This document shows, piece by piece, positions 7,694-17,249 of a stretch of DNA of 64,000 nt. Under the pieces are notes generated by a model. The model was not told where the DNA came from. It did no database searches and saw only the letters and a list, made by a program, of their open reading frames with translations. Source of the DNA: Vicinamibacterales bacterium. GTDB taxonomy: Bacteria > Acidobacteriota > Vicinamibacteria > Vicinamibacterales > JAMQPK01. The position numbers were made by a program, and so were the translations under genes. Location of the stretch: the NCBI GenBank assembly GCA_963775345.1, contig CAVZIS010000006.1, positions 344,786 through 408,785 on the forward strand, read 5' to 3'. Within the stretch, counting starts at the first letter, position 1. Every line of letters begins with the position of its first letter.

Positions 7694-10600
7694 TTAGAAC
7701 TTGAAATTCATCGCCAGTCTCGGGAACCGCCCCAGCATGATCGTCGTCGCGTTGCCGAGGCTGCCGCCGACGCTGTTGTTGGCGGCGCGGATCGCGTTCT
7801 GGTTGAGCACGTTGAAGATGTCGAACTGGAACGTCAGCACCTTGTTGTTGTGCCTGAAGTTCTTCTTCACGTTGATGTCGAGCTGGTTCCACCGATCGTA
7901 GAAGATCGATCCCGGCGGGTTCAAAATGAACGTCTGCGCCTGCGTGCGCTGGCCGTTCGGGAATCGCGCGGCCTCCGGCGCCCACGTAATGACGCGCTCC
8001 TGACCACCGTAGCTCTGCAGGATCGCGCCGAAGTCGATGCCGTACGGGAACGTGTAGTTTCCCGCGAACTTGAACTCCTGCAGGAACGGGAAGTCGAATT
8101 GCGTCTGATCGCAGTAGCGACCGCCCAGCGGCGCGTCCACTCCCGTCGTGGCGCTCGTCGGGTTGAACTGGCCTGTCGTCGTCGGGCCGTTCGGGTCGTC
8201 GTCGTTGTCGCACCACCGCTGGAGTGTGTGCTCGGCCGTCCAGCTTCCAAACAGCATCGCGCCGCCCGGGAGCCTGGTGTTGAACGACAACTCGAATCCC
8301 GTGTACAAGCGTGTCGTTGGTCGTATCGCTGCGATCGACGACGCCGACGTTGAAGACGCCCAGCTTCGCGGGATTCAGGTTGTAGACCGGAACCATTTCA
8401 CCGGCTTTCAGGACAGCCGCGACATCCGGGTCTCTCGAAACGTCGGGCATCGGCGTTTCGAAGCGCGTGTAGTCGTGACAGCGTGATGTTCGTCCGATCC
8501 TGGAACGCCAGATCCGCGATCTTGCGCTTGTAGAACATCGCGCCTACTGCCAGCCGCGGCGTCATCTGATGCTGCACGCCCGCCGTGAACTCGTCATTGT
8601 ATTGACGTGCGAGGTTCAGCGGCCTGCGGTCGGGGCGGTCGGGGTTGGCGAACGCCCCGCCGCTCGGGCTGAGGCCGATCTCGTTATCCTGCGCGACGCC
8701 GTCGCAGTCGGTCGGAAGGACGCGAATGCCAGGGCATAGGCCCGCGGCCCCGGACGGGTTATTGCTGCCTGCAACCAGATTGCGGTCGAGCCATGTCCGC
8801 ATCTCGCTGCGCTCGCCGGCCCTGCCGTACGCATTGGCCGCGATGTCGCCGTCGTAGTTCCGGTAGTACTTGCTCCAGCTCGTCTTCAGCGCCGTGCGGC
8901 CGTCGCCGAAGAGGTCGTACACCGCGCTGAACCGCGGCGAGTAGTCGGCGCCGAAATCAATCAGCCCCTTCTCCTCTTCGATGAATCGCGCCGGTGCAAA
9001 CCGGCCGGCCGCCATGCTGCTCTCATACATGCCTGTTTCGACCCACTGGACACGAAGGCCGGGGTTGATCGTCAGGCGCTGGATCGTCCAGCTGTCCTGC
9101 GCGAAAATGCCGATGTCGTAGGCGACATACGCAGGCTGGATGACCGGATTGTTGAAGACTTCCACCGTCGTGGGCTGATTGTTCACGTAGCGCTGCTGAA
9201 GGTGGCCGTTGCGCGTGTTCTTCCGCTGCCGTCCCGGCCCCCAGTCGTTCTCGATGCCCACTTTGATGTTGTGAGACCCGGTCACGTACGACGCGGCAAA
9301 CTTCGCCTCGTTGTGGACGCTTTCCTGCCGCTGCTCGCGGGTGGCATTCCACGTCGTGCAGCCGTTTGGCGCGGGCAGGTACGCATAGATGCACTTGTCG
9401 GGAAAGTTGCGATTGAGCGCCGTATCGCTCGTGGGCGCCGTCGCATACCATTCCGGGGTAAACGGAAAGTCGTGTGCCGTTCCTGCCGGCGTGCCGGACG
9501 GACTGCCGCCTCTCCAGTAGAACTGCGACCACGACCAGCCGGCTTCGACCAGCCATCGGTTGGTGACCGGCGCGGTCAATTTCATGTTGCCGATCGAGTG
9601 ATGTGCGTTCTTCGGGTCCCGCTGTTCGCCGGCGCGCGGGTCTGTGCCGGCGCCGATCGAGTGACCCTTCTTGTGCCACCACCGCTCGAGGAATCCGGCA
9701 ATCTTGTACTTCTCGGCGGCCTGCCACGTGAGACGGGTCGTCAGGCTGCGCACGTAGAGATCGTTGGTCGCTTTGTAGGTTGTGCCGTCGGGAGCCGTCA
9801 CGAACTTCGGCACGTTGGCAATAGTCGTCTCGGTCGACTGATGCCGCGCCGAGAAGATCCACCACAACTTGTCTCTCAGAATCGGACCGCCCAGCGATCC
9901 GGTGAAGGCCTCGAGGTGATCGATCCCGTTGGCGACGCTCAAGCTGCGCGCACGCAGCTCGTCATCGATGTTATCGGCGACCCATGTGCCCTTGGTTCCA
10001 CCCATGAAGGCCGAGCCGCTGAAGTTGTTGCCGCCGTCCTTCAGAATGCTGTTCAACCTGATGCCGCCGCCGCCCGTGTCCGCCGGAATGGCGGCCGTGC
10101 TGACCGTCATCTCCGACTGGATGGTGTCGTCCAGGAAGCTCAGCGATGTCCCCTCGTAGCTCTGGATCGACATGCCTTCGACGAGCTGATCGCCGTCGAG
10201 ACCACCGAGCCCGCGCGCGCGCAGGCCCACCTGTTCGGTCGTCTGCACGCCGCCCATGTCGGGCGTTCCAGGGCGCACCCCCGGGACGATGACGGCCAGC
10301 CCCATGACGTTGCGTGAAATCGGCAGCGAGTCGATGACATCGCGCGAGATGACCTGCGTGCGCGTTGCCTGCTGCACGTCGACCTGCGGCGCAGTGCCGG
10401 AGACGTTGATCGTCTCTTCAATCGAGCCGACCCTCATCTCGGCATTCACGGTTGCGGTGAAGTTCGACGGGAGAGTGATGCCTTCGCGCACCACGGTACC
10501 GAAGCCGGCGAGCGAGAAGGTGAGCTTGTAAGTGCCGGGCCGCATTTCAACGAACCGGTATCGTCCCTGGTTGTCGGTCACCGTTGTCATGGACCCTTCA

Positions 10601-10761
10601 ATCATCACGGGACTGGTGACTTCAACGCTGACGCCTGGAAGCACGCCGCCCGAGTCGTCCGTGAGCAGTCCAACAATCGCGCTCTGAGCCGAGGAAACCG
10701 CCGGCACCATGAGAAGCATGGCCAGACCGAGCAGGATCCCCAGACCGAGTCTCTGCTTCAT
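7694..10761 (-). pseudogene. TonB-dependent receptor (CarboxypepD_reg N-domain) with two frameshifts near the 3' third
   Basis: GGAGG lies just upstream of ATG 10761. Signal peptide, then GLLTDDSGGVLPGVSVEVTS...RYRF..PGTYKLTFSLAGF (CarboxypepD_reg), a plug/barrel and the terminal ...RLAMNFKF. The reading frame changes at about 8475-8482 and about 8305-8311; the middle piece DYTRFETPMPDVSRDPDVAAVLKAGEMVPVYNLNPAKLGVFNVG is in a third frame. Confidence 0.85.
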
Positions 10762-10925
10762 AACTCCTACCTCCGTAGTCGAGCTCATTGGAAAGGGTTG
10801 TGACCGGAAATTCTAGCGCGTCGCTTTTTGAAGTCAAACTAAACTGTCGTGTTTTCGCGAGCTTTACCGGTAACGGAATTTTGGATTTTATACGGTTTTT
10901 TGGGTTGGCCAGGCGGGGTGTCGTG

Positions 10926-11567
10926 ATGGGTTTCTATTCCCAGTATGTGCTACCTCGACTTATCGACTGTGTGATGAGCCATGAGGAAGCGATGCGGTTG
11001 CGGGCAGCGCACGTGCCTCCCGCGGCCGGTATCGTGCTCGAGGTCGGCATCGGCTCCGGCCTGAACCTTCCGTTCTACACGAGGGCCGTAACCCGTCTGT
11101 ACGGAGTGGATCCGTCAGCCGAGCTTCTTGCGATGGCCAGGCCGAAAGCAGACGGCGTCGGGTTTCCCGTCGAATGGCTGCAGCAGAAAGCCAACCACCT
11201 TCCGCTGAGCGATGACAGCGTCGACACCGGCGTCGTGACGTGGTCGTTGTGTTCGGTCGACGATCCCGCGGCGACACTCAGCGAGGTGCGACGCGTGCTC
11301 AAGTCCGGCGGCGCACTCATCTTTGTCGAGCACGGCCTGTCGCCTGACATCAGCGTTCGAACATGGCAGAATCGCCTCACGCCGGTCTGGCGTCATGTCG
11401 CCGGCGGCTGCCATCTCAATCGCAGGATCGATGATCTGATTCGCGATGCAGGTTTCCAAATCACCGAGTTACGCAAGGGTTATGTTCCGGGTCCCAGGGT
11501 CGGGGCTTACATGTATGCGGGAGTGGGGAAGAAAGGAAAAAGGAAGAAGGAACAAGGAAAAAAGTAG
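10926..11567 (+). CDS. Class I SAM-dependent methyltransferase (type 11-like)
   Basis: SAM motif VLEVGIGSGLNL plus LKSGGALIFVEH. The likely start is ATG 10926 (MGFYSQYVLPRL); the upstream ORF extension overlaps the divergent TBDR start. The C-terminal tail KKGKRKKEQGKK* is encoded by the polypurine repeat. Confidence 0.85.
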   Translation: MGFYSQYVLPRLIDCVMSHEEAMRLRAAHVPPAAGIVLEVGIGSGLNLPFYTRAVTRLYGVDPSAELLAMARPKADGVGFPVEWLQQKANHLPLSDDSVDTGVVTWSLCSVDDPAATLSEVRRVLKSGGALIFVEHGLSPDISVRTWQNRLTPVWRHVAGGCHLNRRIDDLIRDAGFQITELRKGYVPGPRVGAYMYAGVGKKGKRKKEQGKK

Positions 11568-11618
11568 AAAGTGAAAAGGAAAAAGGAAAAAGGAAAAGTG
11601 AAAAAAAGATTGGGAAGG
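11524..11618. repeat. Polypurine (GGAAAAA-type) mirror-repeat tract
   Basis: About 95 nt that is almost exclusively A/G on the + strand (ggaaaaaggaagaaggaacaaggaaaaaag...gaaaaggaaaaaggaaaaaggaaaag...). A second tract lies at 13479-13540. Confidence 0.9.
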
Positions 11619-11629
11619 CGGCGAGTGCG

Positions 11630-12229
11630 ATGGCGACGATTCGACTGGCAAACGAGGAAGACGCGGCTGCCATAGCGGCGATTTATGCGCCGTATTGCGA
11701 AACCAGCGCGATCTCGTTCGAGATGGTCGCCCCATCACCGGAAGAGATGGCGAAGCGGATCCGCGCGATAGGCGCGATCCGGCCGTGGTTGGTGCTCGAG
11801 GACGCCGCGACCCTGGCCGGCTACGCGTACGCCTCACCCCATCACGAGCGAGCTGCCTATCAGTGGTCTGTCAGCACGGCGATCTACGTGAGCAGTGCGC
11901 AACAGCGGCGTGGTGCCGGGCGGGCGCTCTATACGACGCTTTTCGAAGTGCTCCGCCTGCTCGGTTACTTCAGGGCGACCGCCGGCATCACGTTGCCCAA
12001 CCCCGCGAGCGTTGGCCTGCACGAAGCGTTTGGATTCACTCGGGTCGGCGTGTATCGTCACATCGGCCACAAGCTCGGGGCCTGGCATGACGTCGCCTGG
12101 TTCGAGGCCGAAATCCAGCCGGTGACACAGAATCCTGCACCGCCACGTTCGATTGCATCTCTGACGGAGGGAGCGGACTGGCGGGCGGCAGTCACCAAAG
12201 GGCTCGCGTGGTATGTCGAACATCCCTGA
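11630..12229 (+). CDS. GNAT N-acetyltransferase, phosphinothricin/methionine-sulfoximine acetyltransferase-like
   Basis: IRLANEEDAAAIAAIY...ETSAISFE...QQRRGAGRALYTTLFEVL...GLHEAFGF..VG is the typical PAT-subfamily pattern with the Q/RxxGxG/A acetyl-CoA motif. Confidence 0.8.
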   Translation: MATIRLANEEDAAAIAAIYAPYCETSAISFEMVAPSPEEMAKRIRAIGAIRPWLVLEDAATLAGYAYASPHHERAAYQWSVSTAIYVSSAQQRRGAGRALYTTLFEVLRLLGYFRATAGITLPNPASVGLHEAFGFTRVGVYRHIGHKLGAWHDVAWFEAEIQPVTQNPAPPRSIASLTEGADWRAAVTKGLAWYVEHP

Positions 12230-12854
12230 TGAGTTATCGGACTTCGTGCAGTCCGCTCTCATGCGGAGTGTGCCTCGCACCGAGGTCGAGACCGTTCTTC
12301 TGAAGGCAGGGTGGACGAAAGAGCAGACACGGAGCGCGCTGGCGGCCTTCGCCGATACGGATTTTCCGATTCCAGTTCCAAGACCCCGCCCGTATCTCGA
12401 CGCACGCGAAGCGTTCATGTACCTCGTGATGTTTTCCACACTGTATGTGAGCGCCTATCACCTTGGCAGCCTGCTCTTCGACATCATCAATACGACATTT
12501 CCCGATCCAGCGGATCCCTCCAGATCTGCTCAGTACGAGCGGCTGTCGATGCGCTGGTCGATTGCGTCGCTGATCGTGGCGTTTCCCGTCTTTCTCTACA
12601 CGTCGTGGCTGGTGGCGCGCGACCTGACGGCCGATCCGAACAAGCGGCACTCGAAAGTGAGGCGCTGGCTCACCTATCTGACGTTGTTCGTCGCGTCGAC
12701 CGTGCTCGTTGGCGACGTCATCACCTTGGTGTACAACCTGCTCGGCGGGGAGATCACGACGCGATTCCTCCTGAAGGTGCTCGTCGTCGCCTTCATCGCC
12801 GGCACCGTTTTTTGGTATTACCTGTCCGACATCAGGACCACTGAGAGGGATTAG
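12213..12854 (+). CDS. Integral membrane protein (DUF5671-like, 4 TM)
   Basis: A soluble N-domain is followed by four hydrophobic helices (FMYLVMFSTLYVSAY, WSIASLIVAFPVFLY, LTYLTLFVASTVLVG, LLKVLVVAFIAGTVFWYY). It overlaps the upstream GNAT by 17 nt. Confidence 0.6.
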   Translation: MSNIPDELSDFVQSALMRSVPRTEVETVLLKAGWTKEQTRSALAAFADTDFPIPVPRPRPYLDAREAFMYLVMFSTLYVSAYHLGSLLFDIINTTFPDPADPSRSAQYERLSMRWSIASLIVAFPVFLYTSWLVARDLTADPNKRHSKVRRWLTYLTLFVASTVLVGDVITLVYNLLGGEITTRFLLKVLVVAFIAGTVFWYYLSDIRTTERD

Positions 12855-12896
12855 GGACTAGGGATTAGGGATTGGGGATTGGGGATCAGGGATTAG
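12847..12896. repeat. TTAGGGA-type heptamer array (G-quadruplex motif)
   Basis: gggattagggactagggattagggattggggattggggatcagggattag: seven G3-4 tracts separated by 3-4 nt. The gene's TAG stop (12852-12854) is part of the array. A near-identical array lies at 55913-55951. Confidence 0.9.
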
Positions 12897-12995
12897 TTCA
12901 GCGACGGGTCCGGTTGAAACCGGACACATCGTAATGCTGCACTAAGCGGAAAGTCGTTACGAGATTGCACCGAGCGCGAAGCGCGAGGTGGCAGG

Positions 12996-13070
12996 CTGCG
13001 GGGGTGGGGCCCCGCAGCGAAACGCAAACAACGTCGCGAGATACGGGTCGCGGGGGTGGGGCCCCGCGAC
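12996..13070. repeat. Two copies of a GC-rich palindromic element
   Basis: CTGCGGGGGTGGGGCCCCGCAG (12996-13017) and GTCGCGGGGGTGGGGCCCCGCGAC (13047-13070). Both form 8-9 bp GC stems. Confidence 0.8.
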
Positions 13071-13083
13071 AACTGAAAAAACA

Positions 13084-13539
13084 ATGCGAAATACCGTCAT
13101 CGTTGTCGCCGTTCTCGCCGTGCTCGGTGCGCTCGGGGGCGGCTTCTATCTCGTGGGCCCGCCCGCCGAAGAACGTGCCCGCCGGCTCGACGCGCGGCGC
13201 GAAAGCGATTTGCAGAGACTCCGGTTGGCGGCCGATTTGTACTGGACGCGCAACAGACGCCTTCCGGCCACGCTGGACGAGCTGGCAAAGGAAGCGGGGA
13301 CCCACGTCTTCTCTCGCGACCCGGAGACGGCCGAGACCTACGAGTACGCGGTGAAAGGCGCGAACTCGTACGAGCTGTGCGCGAGGTTTTCCCGCGAGTC
13401 GGAACTGCGCGGGGATTTCTGGTCTCATGCGTCAGGGAGGCACTGTTACGCGATTACCTGCCAGGGAAATAAAGCCGTAGGGAAGGGGAAAAGGAAAAAG
13501 GAAAAAAAGGAAAAAGTAAGAAGGAAAAGAAAGGGAAGA
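13084..13539 (+). CDS. Small membrane-anchored protein; no stop codon before the downstream amidase (in-frame through the polypurine tract)
   Basis: ATG 13084, TM helix VIVVAVLAVLGALGGGFYLV, then a domain of about 100 aa (..LPATLDELAKEAG...YEYAV...YELCARF). The frame stays open through GKGKRKKEKKEKVRRKRKGR into the amidase. Other frames of the tract contain TAA/TAG. Confidence 0.5.
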
Positions 13540-13540
13540 G
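13479..13540. repeat. Polypurine (GGAAAAA-type) tract bridging two ORFs
   Basis: tagggaaggggaaaaggaaaaaggaaaaaaaggaaaaagtaagaaggaaaagaaagggaagag includes an A7 run. It is related to the tract at 11524-11618. Confidence 0.9.
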
Positions 13541-15165
13541 TGTCACGTTTGCATCTGACGCTGATTGCGATTGCCGTCAGCGCTCTACAATTTTCGATGA
13601 TTGGACAAGCGCCGTCATTTTCGGTGGTCGAAGCGACCATTCCCGACATGCAGTCGGCGATGCGGCAGCAGCGCACGACCTCGCGCGCCATCGTTGAGCA
13701 GTATCTGGATCGCATCGCGACCTACGAGGCCGGTCTCAACGCCATCATCACTCTGAATCCGAAGGCGCTCGAGGAGGCGGACGCCCGTGACCGGGAGCGA
13801 CGCCAGGGGAAGGTTCGCGGGCCACTGCACGGCATCCCTATTGCGCTCAAGGACAACATCCACACGACCGACATGCCGACGACGGGAGGTGCGCAGGCCT
13901 TCGATCGATTCGTCCCTCCGTACGAGGCGACGCTGACACGGCATCTGCGCGAGGCGGGCGCCATCATCATTGCGAAAACCAACATGACCGAGCTCGCCAA
14001 CTGGGTGGCGTCCGGCATGCCGGCCAACTACAACTCGCTCGTCGGCTACGGGCTCAACCCGTACGATCCGCGACGGGATCCGCGCCCGGGGACCGATGAT
14101 GGACGGCCTGCTCTCAGCACCGGCGGGTCGAGCTCGGGTACGGGCACCGCCGCGAACTTCTGGGCAGCCAACGTCGGCACCGAGACGTCCGGATCGATCC
14201 TCAGCCCTGCCAACTGGAACAATCTCGTGGGCATCAAGCCGACCGTGGGCCGAATCAGCCGTCATGGAGTGATTCCGATCACTGCAGATCAGGACACCCC
14301 GGGGCCCATGGCCCGGACGGTGATCGATGCGGCGATCCTTCTCGGCGTGCTCGAAGGGCGAAACCCGGATCCCGACGATCCCGCAACGCGATTGTGCCCG
14401 CGCGTGCCGGACGGGGATTACGCGAAGTTCCTCGATCAAAAGGCGCTGGCCGGTGCGCGAATCGGCATCCCGCGAAGCGCCTTCTACGAGTTGCTGTCCG
14501 CAGACCGCGCACGGGTGATGGCCGACGCCATCGACGTGCTGAAGCAGAACGGCGCAATCGTCGTCGATCCCGTGTCGTTGTCTGCGGAGTTGCCTCCTGC
14601 GTGCTCGGGGCCGCCCGGTGCCAAAGGCGCGGACGAGAAGTGCTCTGTTGTGATGAAGTACGGCATGAAGCGCGACTTCGACAAATGGCTTGCCTCGCTC
14701 GGGCCAGGGGCGCCGGTGAAGACGCTGACAGAGTTGCGAAGATGGAACACCGACCACCAGTCCTCTGGTGCGCTCAAATACGGTCAGGCACAGCTCGACA
14801 ATTCCGATGAGATGGACCTCTATCGCGACAGAGCCCGATACCTTGCCGATCGAGAGCGCGACCTGAGATTGAGCGCGACCGAAGGCATCGATGCGGTCTT
14901 CAACGGTCATAAGCTCGATGCGCTGTTTGTGCCGGCCATGAACTACGACATGGCTGCCCGCGCCGGGTACCCTACGGTGATCGTGCCGTTCGGCTTTGTG
15001 CCGAATGCGCCGACACCGGCGTTTCCGGATGGATTCGCGGCGAAGCCCGCGCCTTTTGGCGTCAGCTTCACGGGAACCTCATGCAGCGAGCCACGGCTGA
15101 TCGCGCTGGCGTACGCGTTCGAGCAGGCGACCAAACGTCGCGTGCCGCCCGCAGATTTTCCGTGA
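13540..15165 (+). CDS. Amidase (amidase-signature family), secreted
   Basis: A candidate GTG 13540 is preceded by a purine-rich SD-like sequence. Signal-like VSRLHLTLIAIAVSALQF, then GIPIALKDNI, TTGGA, GGSSSGTG, GTETSGSILSPA. Paralogous to the amidase at 5783. Confidence 0.85.
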   Translation: MSRLHLTLIAIAVSALQFSMIGQAPSFSVVEATIPDMQSAMRQQRTTSRAIVEQYLDRIATYEAGLNAIITLNPKALEEADARDRERRQGKVRGPLHGIPIALKDNIHTTDMPTTGGAQAFDRFVPPYEATLTRHLREAGAIIIAKTNMTELANWVASGMPANYNSLVGYGLNPYDPRRDPRPGTDDGRPALSTGGSSSGTGTAANFWAANVGTETSGSILSPANWNNLVGIKPTVGRISRHGVIPITADQDTPGPMARTVIDAAILLGVLEGRNPDPDDPATRLCPRVPDGDYAKFLDQKALAGARIGIPRSAFYELLSADRARVMADAIDVLKQNGAIVVDPVSLSAELPPACSGPPGAKGADEKCSVVMKYGMKRDFDKWLASLGPGAPVKTLTELRRWNTDHQSSGALKYGQAQLDNSDEMDLYRDRARYLADRERDLRLSATEGIDAVFNGHKLDALFVPAMNYDMAARAGYPTVIVPFGFVPNAPTPAFPDGFAAKPAPFGVSFTGTSCSEPRLIALAYAFEQATKRRVPPADFP

Positions 15166-15221
15166 CCCTGCGAACCGAAGAGATGGATATTGAACAGGGA
15201 AACACGAGCTCAGGAGGGCCT

Positions 15222-16295
15222 ATGAAGAGAGTCGCGCTGATACTGACCGTACTTTGGGGCGTGACTGCAGTGGCGCCGTTCACCGGCGCAAGGGTGCGTT
15301 TGGTCGCAGCGCAGGCGCCATCATCGGCAGACGCCGCGAAGCGGGCGGCATTTCTGAAGCTGGTCGAGCGGCCGGCGGTGGATCCGAAGCCCGAGGTGCG
15401 TCCTGTGACCGCGAACGGGCTGCGGTTGGTCGTCGAGCAAATTTCGTTCTCGGTTGAGGGAACCAACCGCGTGACGGGCCTCTTGATCAAAAGCCTCGAC
15501 GGGAGCGGTCGCAAGCCGGTCGTCATTCAACTGCACGGGACCGGCGGAAACAAAGAGCAGCTGCGTCCACGGTTGACGCTGCTGGCCAATAGAGGCTTCG
15601 TCGCAGTTGCCATCGACGGGCGGTACCACGGCGAGCGCGCAGGGAACGCGCCTGGACTTTCGACACCGTACTCGACGGCGATCTTCGATTCGTACAAGAC
15701 CGGTCGCGAACACCCGTTCTTCTACGACACCGTTCTCGATGTCAGGCGGCTGATCGATTATCTCGAAACGAGGCCTGACGTCGACCCGGCCCGCATCGGC
15801 CTCGGAGGCTTTTCGAAGGGCGGTATCGAGACCTATCTTGCGGCAGCCGTCGAACCCCGGATTGCGGCAGCCGTGGCCGGTCATGGCGTCCAAAGCTTCG
15901 GCTGGGCGCTCGATCATGGAGCGTGGGATTCGCGCGCCTGGACGATACGCGACGTCATCGAAGCGACCGCCGACGAAACGAAGACGCCCGTCACCGCAGC
16001 GTTTGTGCGGCAGTTCTACGACCGTGTGGCTCCCGGTATCTACAACGAGTACGACGGTCCCGCGATGTTGCCGTTGATCGCGCCGCGCCCGCTGCTCGTC
16101 ATCAACGGTGATTCCGATCCGCGCACCCCGCTTGCCGGGGTCAAGGAGAGCGCCGCTGCCGCAGAACGCGCGTACAAGGCGGCCGGCGCTGCGGACAAAT
16201 TCGTCCTGAAGATTTTGCCGAACGTCGGTCACGAGCAGACACCCGAGTACGAGCAGGCGTTGGTGGAGTGGTTTGCGCGCTGGCTGAAACCGTAG
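15222..16295 (+). CDS. Secreted alpha/beta hydrolase (dienelactone hydrolase / S9-like)
   Basis: AGGAGGG lies upstream of ATG 15222. Signal peptide MKRVALILTVLWGVTAVA, nucleophile elbow GLGGFSKGG, then late D (NGDSDPRTP) and H (NVGHEQ) consistent with a Ser-Asp-His triad. Confidence 0.8.
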   Translation: MKRVALILTVLWGVTAVAPFTGARVRLVAAQAPSSADAAKRAAFLKLVERPAVDPKPEVRPVTANGLRLVVEQISFSVEGTNRVTGLLIKSLDGSGRKPVVIQLHGTGGNKEQLRPRLTLLANRGFVAVAIDGRYHGERAGNAPGLSTPYSTAIFDSYKTGREHPFFYDTVLDVRRLIDYLETRPDVDPARIGLGGFSKGGIETYLAAAVEPRIAAAVAGHGVQSFGWALDHGAWDSRAWTIRDVIEATADETKTPVTAAFVRQFYDRVAPGIYNEYDGPAMLPLIAPRPLLVINGDSDPRTPLAGVKESAAAAERAYKAAGAADKFVLKILPNVGHEQTPEYEQALVEWFARWLKP

Positions 16296-16337
16296 ATCGT
16301 CCATCGTCCATCGTCCATCGTCCATCGTCTCGATCGT
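16296..16337. repeat. CGTCCAT heptamer tandem repeat (4+ units)
   Basis: atcgtccatcgtccatcgtccatcgtccatcgtctcgatcgt fills the whole spacer between the hydrolase stop and the OsmC start. Confidence 0.9.
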
Positions 16338-16748
16338 ATGCCTAGAACCGTCACCGTCGAAATCGTTCAGGTCGGCCCGTCGACCAGTCAGGCCTCGGCG
16401 CGGACGCATTCGTTGCTCGTCGACCGGCCGGTGGAGAAGGGCGGGGAGGACCGCGGTCTGCTCGGAGGCGAGCTGCTGCTGATCTCCCTCGGCGGATGTT
16501 TCATGAGCACCCTGCTGGCCGCGGTGAGAACACGCGACTCCGACGTCTCTGACGTCCGCGTCTCGGTCGCCGGTACAGTTGGCGGTGTGCCGGAGCGGTT
16601 TGAATCAATGGCGCTGCAGGTCTCGGCGAAGTACAGCGATGCTGAATTGATGCGCAAGCTCGTCGCGATGGCCGAGCGCGGGTGCCTCGTCACCAACACG
16701 CTTAAAGATGCCGTGCTGATTTCGGTGGAGATTGAGCCGTCGAAATGA
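16338..16748 (+). CDS. OsmC/Ohr family protein
   Basis: 136 aa. The two conserved Cys contexts of OsmC-like proteins are present (ISLGGCFMSTL and AERGCLVTNTL). Confidence 0.85.
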   Translation: MPRTVTVEIVQVGPSTSQASARTHSLLVDRPVEKGGEDRGLLGGELLLISLGGCFMSTLLAAVRTRDSDVSDVRVSVAGTVGGVPERFESMALQVSAKYSDAELMRKLVAMAERGCLVTNTLKDAVLISVEIEPSK

Positions 16749-17239
16749 GATACGGTCGACTGTTCGCCCTTGCCTGCCGCGCCCTGGCGGCAGCGGTCGG
16801 GCTCGCCGGCGTCACTACGGCTGCGCAAACGCCGAAGGGCGTGCAGCGGGTTGCGTGGTTGCAGGGTTGCTGGGAGCTGACAACCCCCGAGCGCGTTGTC
16901 GAAGAGCAGTGGATGGCGCCGCGTGCTGGCAGCATGATGGGCATGAGCCGCACCGTGCGCGGAGGCAAACTCGCGGCCTACGAGATGGTGGTGATTCGAG
17001 AGGAAGGCCAGGGACTGGCGTACGAAGCGCATCCATCCGGCCAGCCTGTCGCGACGTTCCTGTCCACGGCAATCAGCGGATCACGAGTCGTGTTCGAGAA
17101 TCCGTCGCACGACTTTCCCCAGCAGGTTGGGTATGAGCTGAAAGAGGCGACGCTCGTAGGGTGGATCGCCGGCACGCAGAATGGAAAACCGCGCCGGGTG
17201 GAGTTTCCCTACAGGCGCGGTCGCTGCGCCGGCCTGTAG
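16745..17239 (+). CDS. Secreted DUF6265-like protein
   Basis: Overlaps the OsmC stop (ATGA). Signal peptide, then WLQGCWE...EEQWM...VFENPSHDFPQQVGY, a pattern I associate with DUF6265. The assignment is from memory. Confidence 0.55.
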   Translation: MRYGRLFALACRALAAAVGLAGVTTAAQTPKGVQRVAWLQGCWELTTPERVVEEQWMAPRAGSMMGMSRTVRGGKLAAYEMVVIREEGQGLAYEAHPSGQPVATFLSTAISGSRVVFENPSHDFPQQVGYELKEATLVGWIAGTQNGKPRRVEFPYRRGRCAGL

Positions 17240-17249
17240 TTATGCCGCC

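Noticed and set aside
10788-10925. N-terminal extension of the methyltransferase ORF (start at 10788); similarly 12988-13083 ahead of the small membrane protein
   Set aside because: The extensions overlap the divergent TBDR start region or the GC-hairpin repeats and have no homology. The internal ATGs (10926, 13084) give family-typical N-termini.
12847-12896. TTAGGG repeats as a true telomere or linear-replicon end
   Set aside because: The array is under 50 nt and is internal, flanked by ordinary genes on both sides. A second copy sits mid-window at 55913.
13615-14910. 431-aa minus-strand ORF. Similar long antisense ORFs lie at 9202-10317, 15321-16409, 19862-21157, 47316-48311 and 53689-54477.
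   Set aside because: All lie opposite genes with clear family motifs, are Arg-rich and low in complexity, and lack recognisable domains. I treat them as high-GC shadow ORFs.
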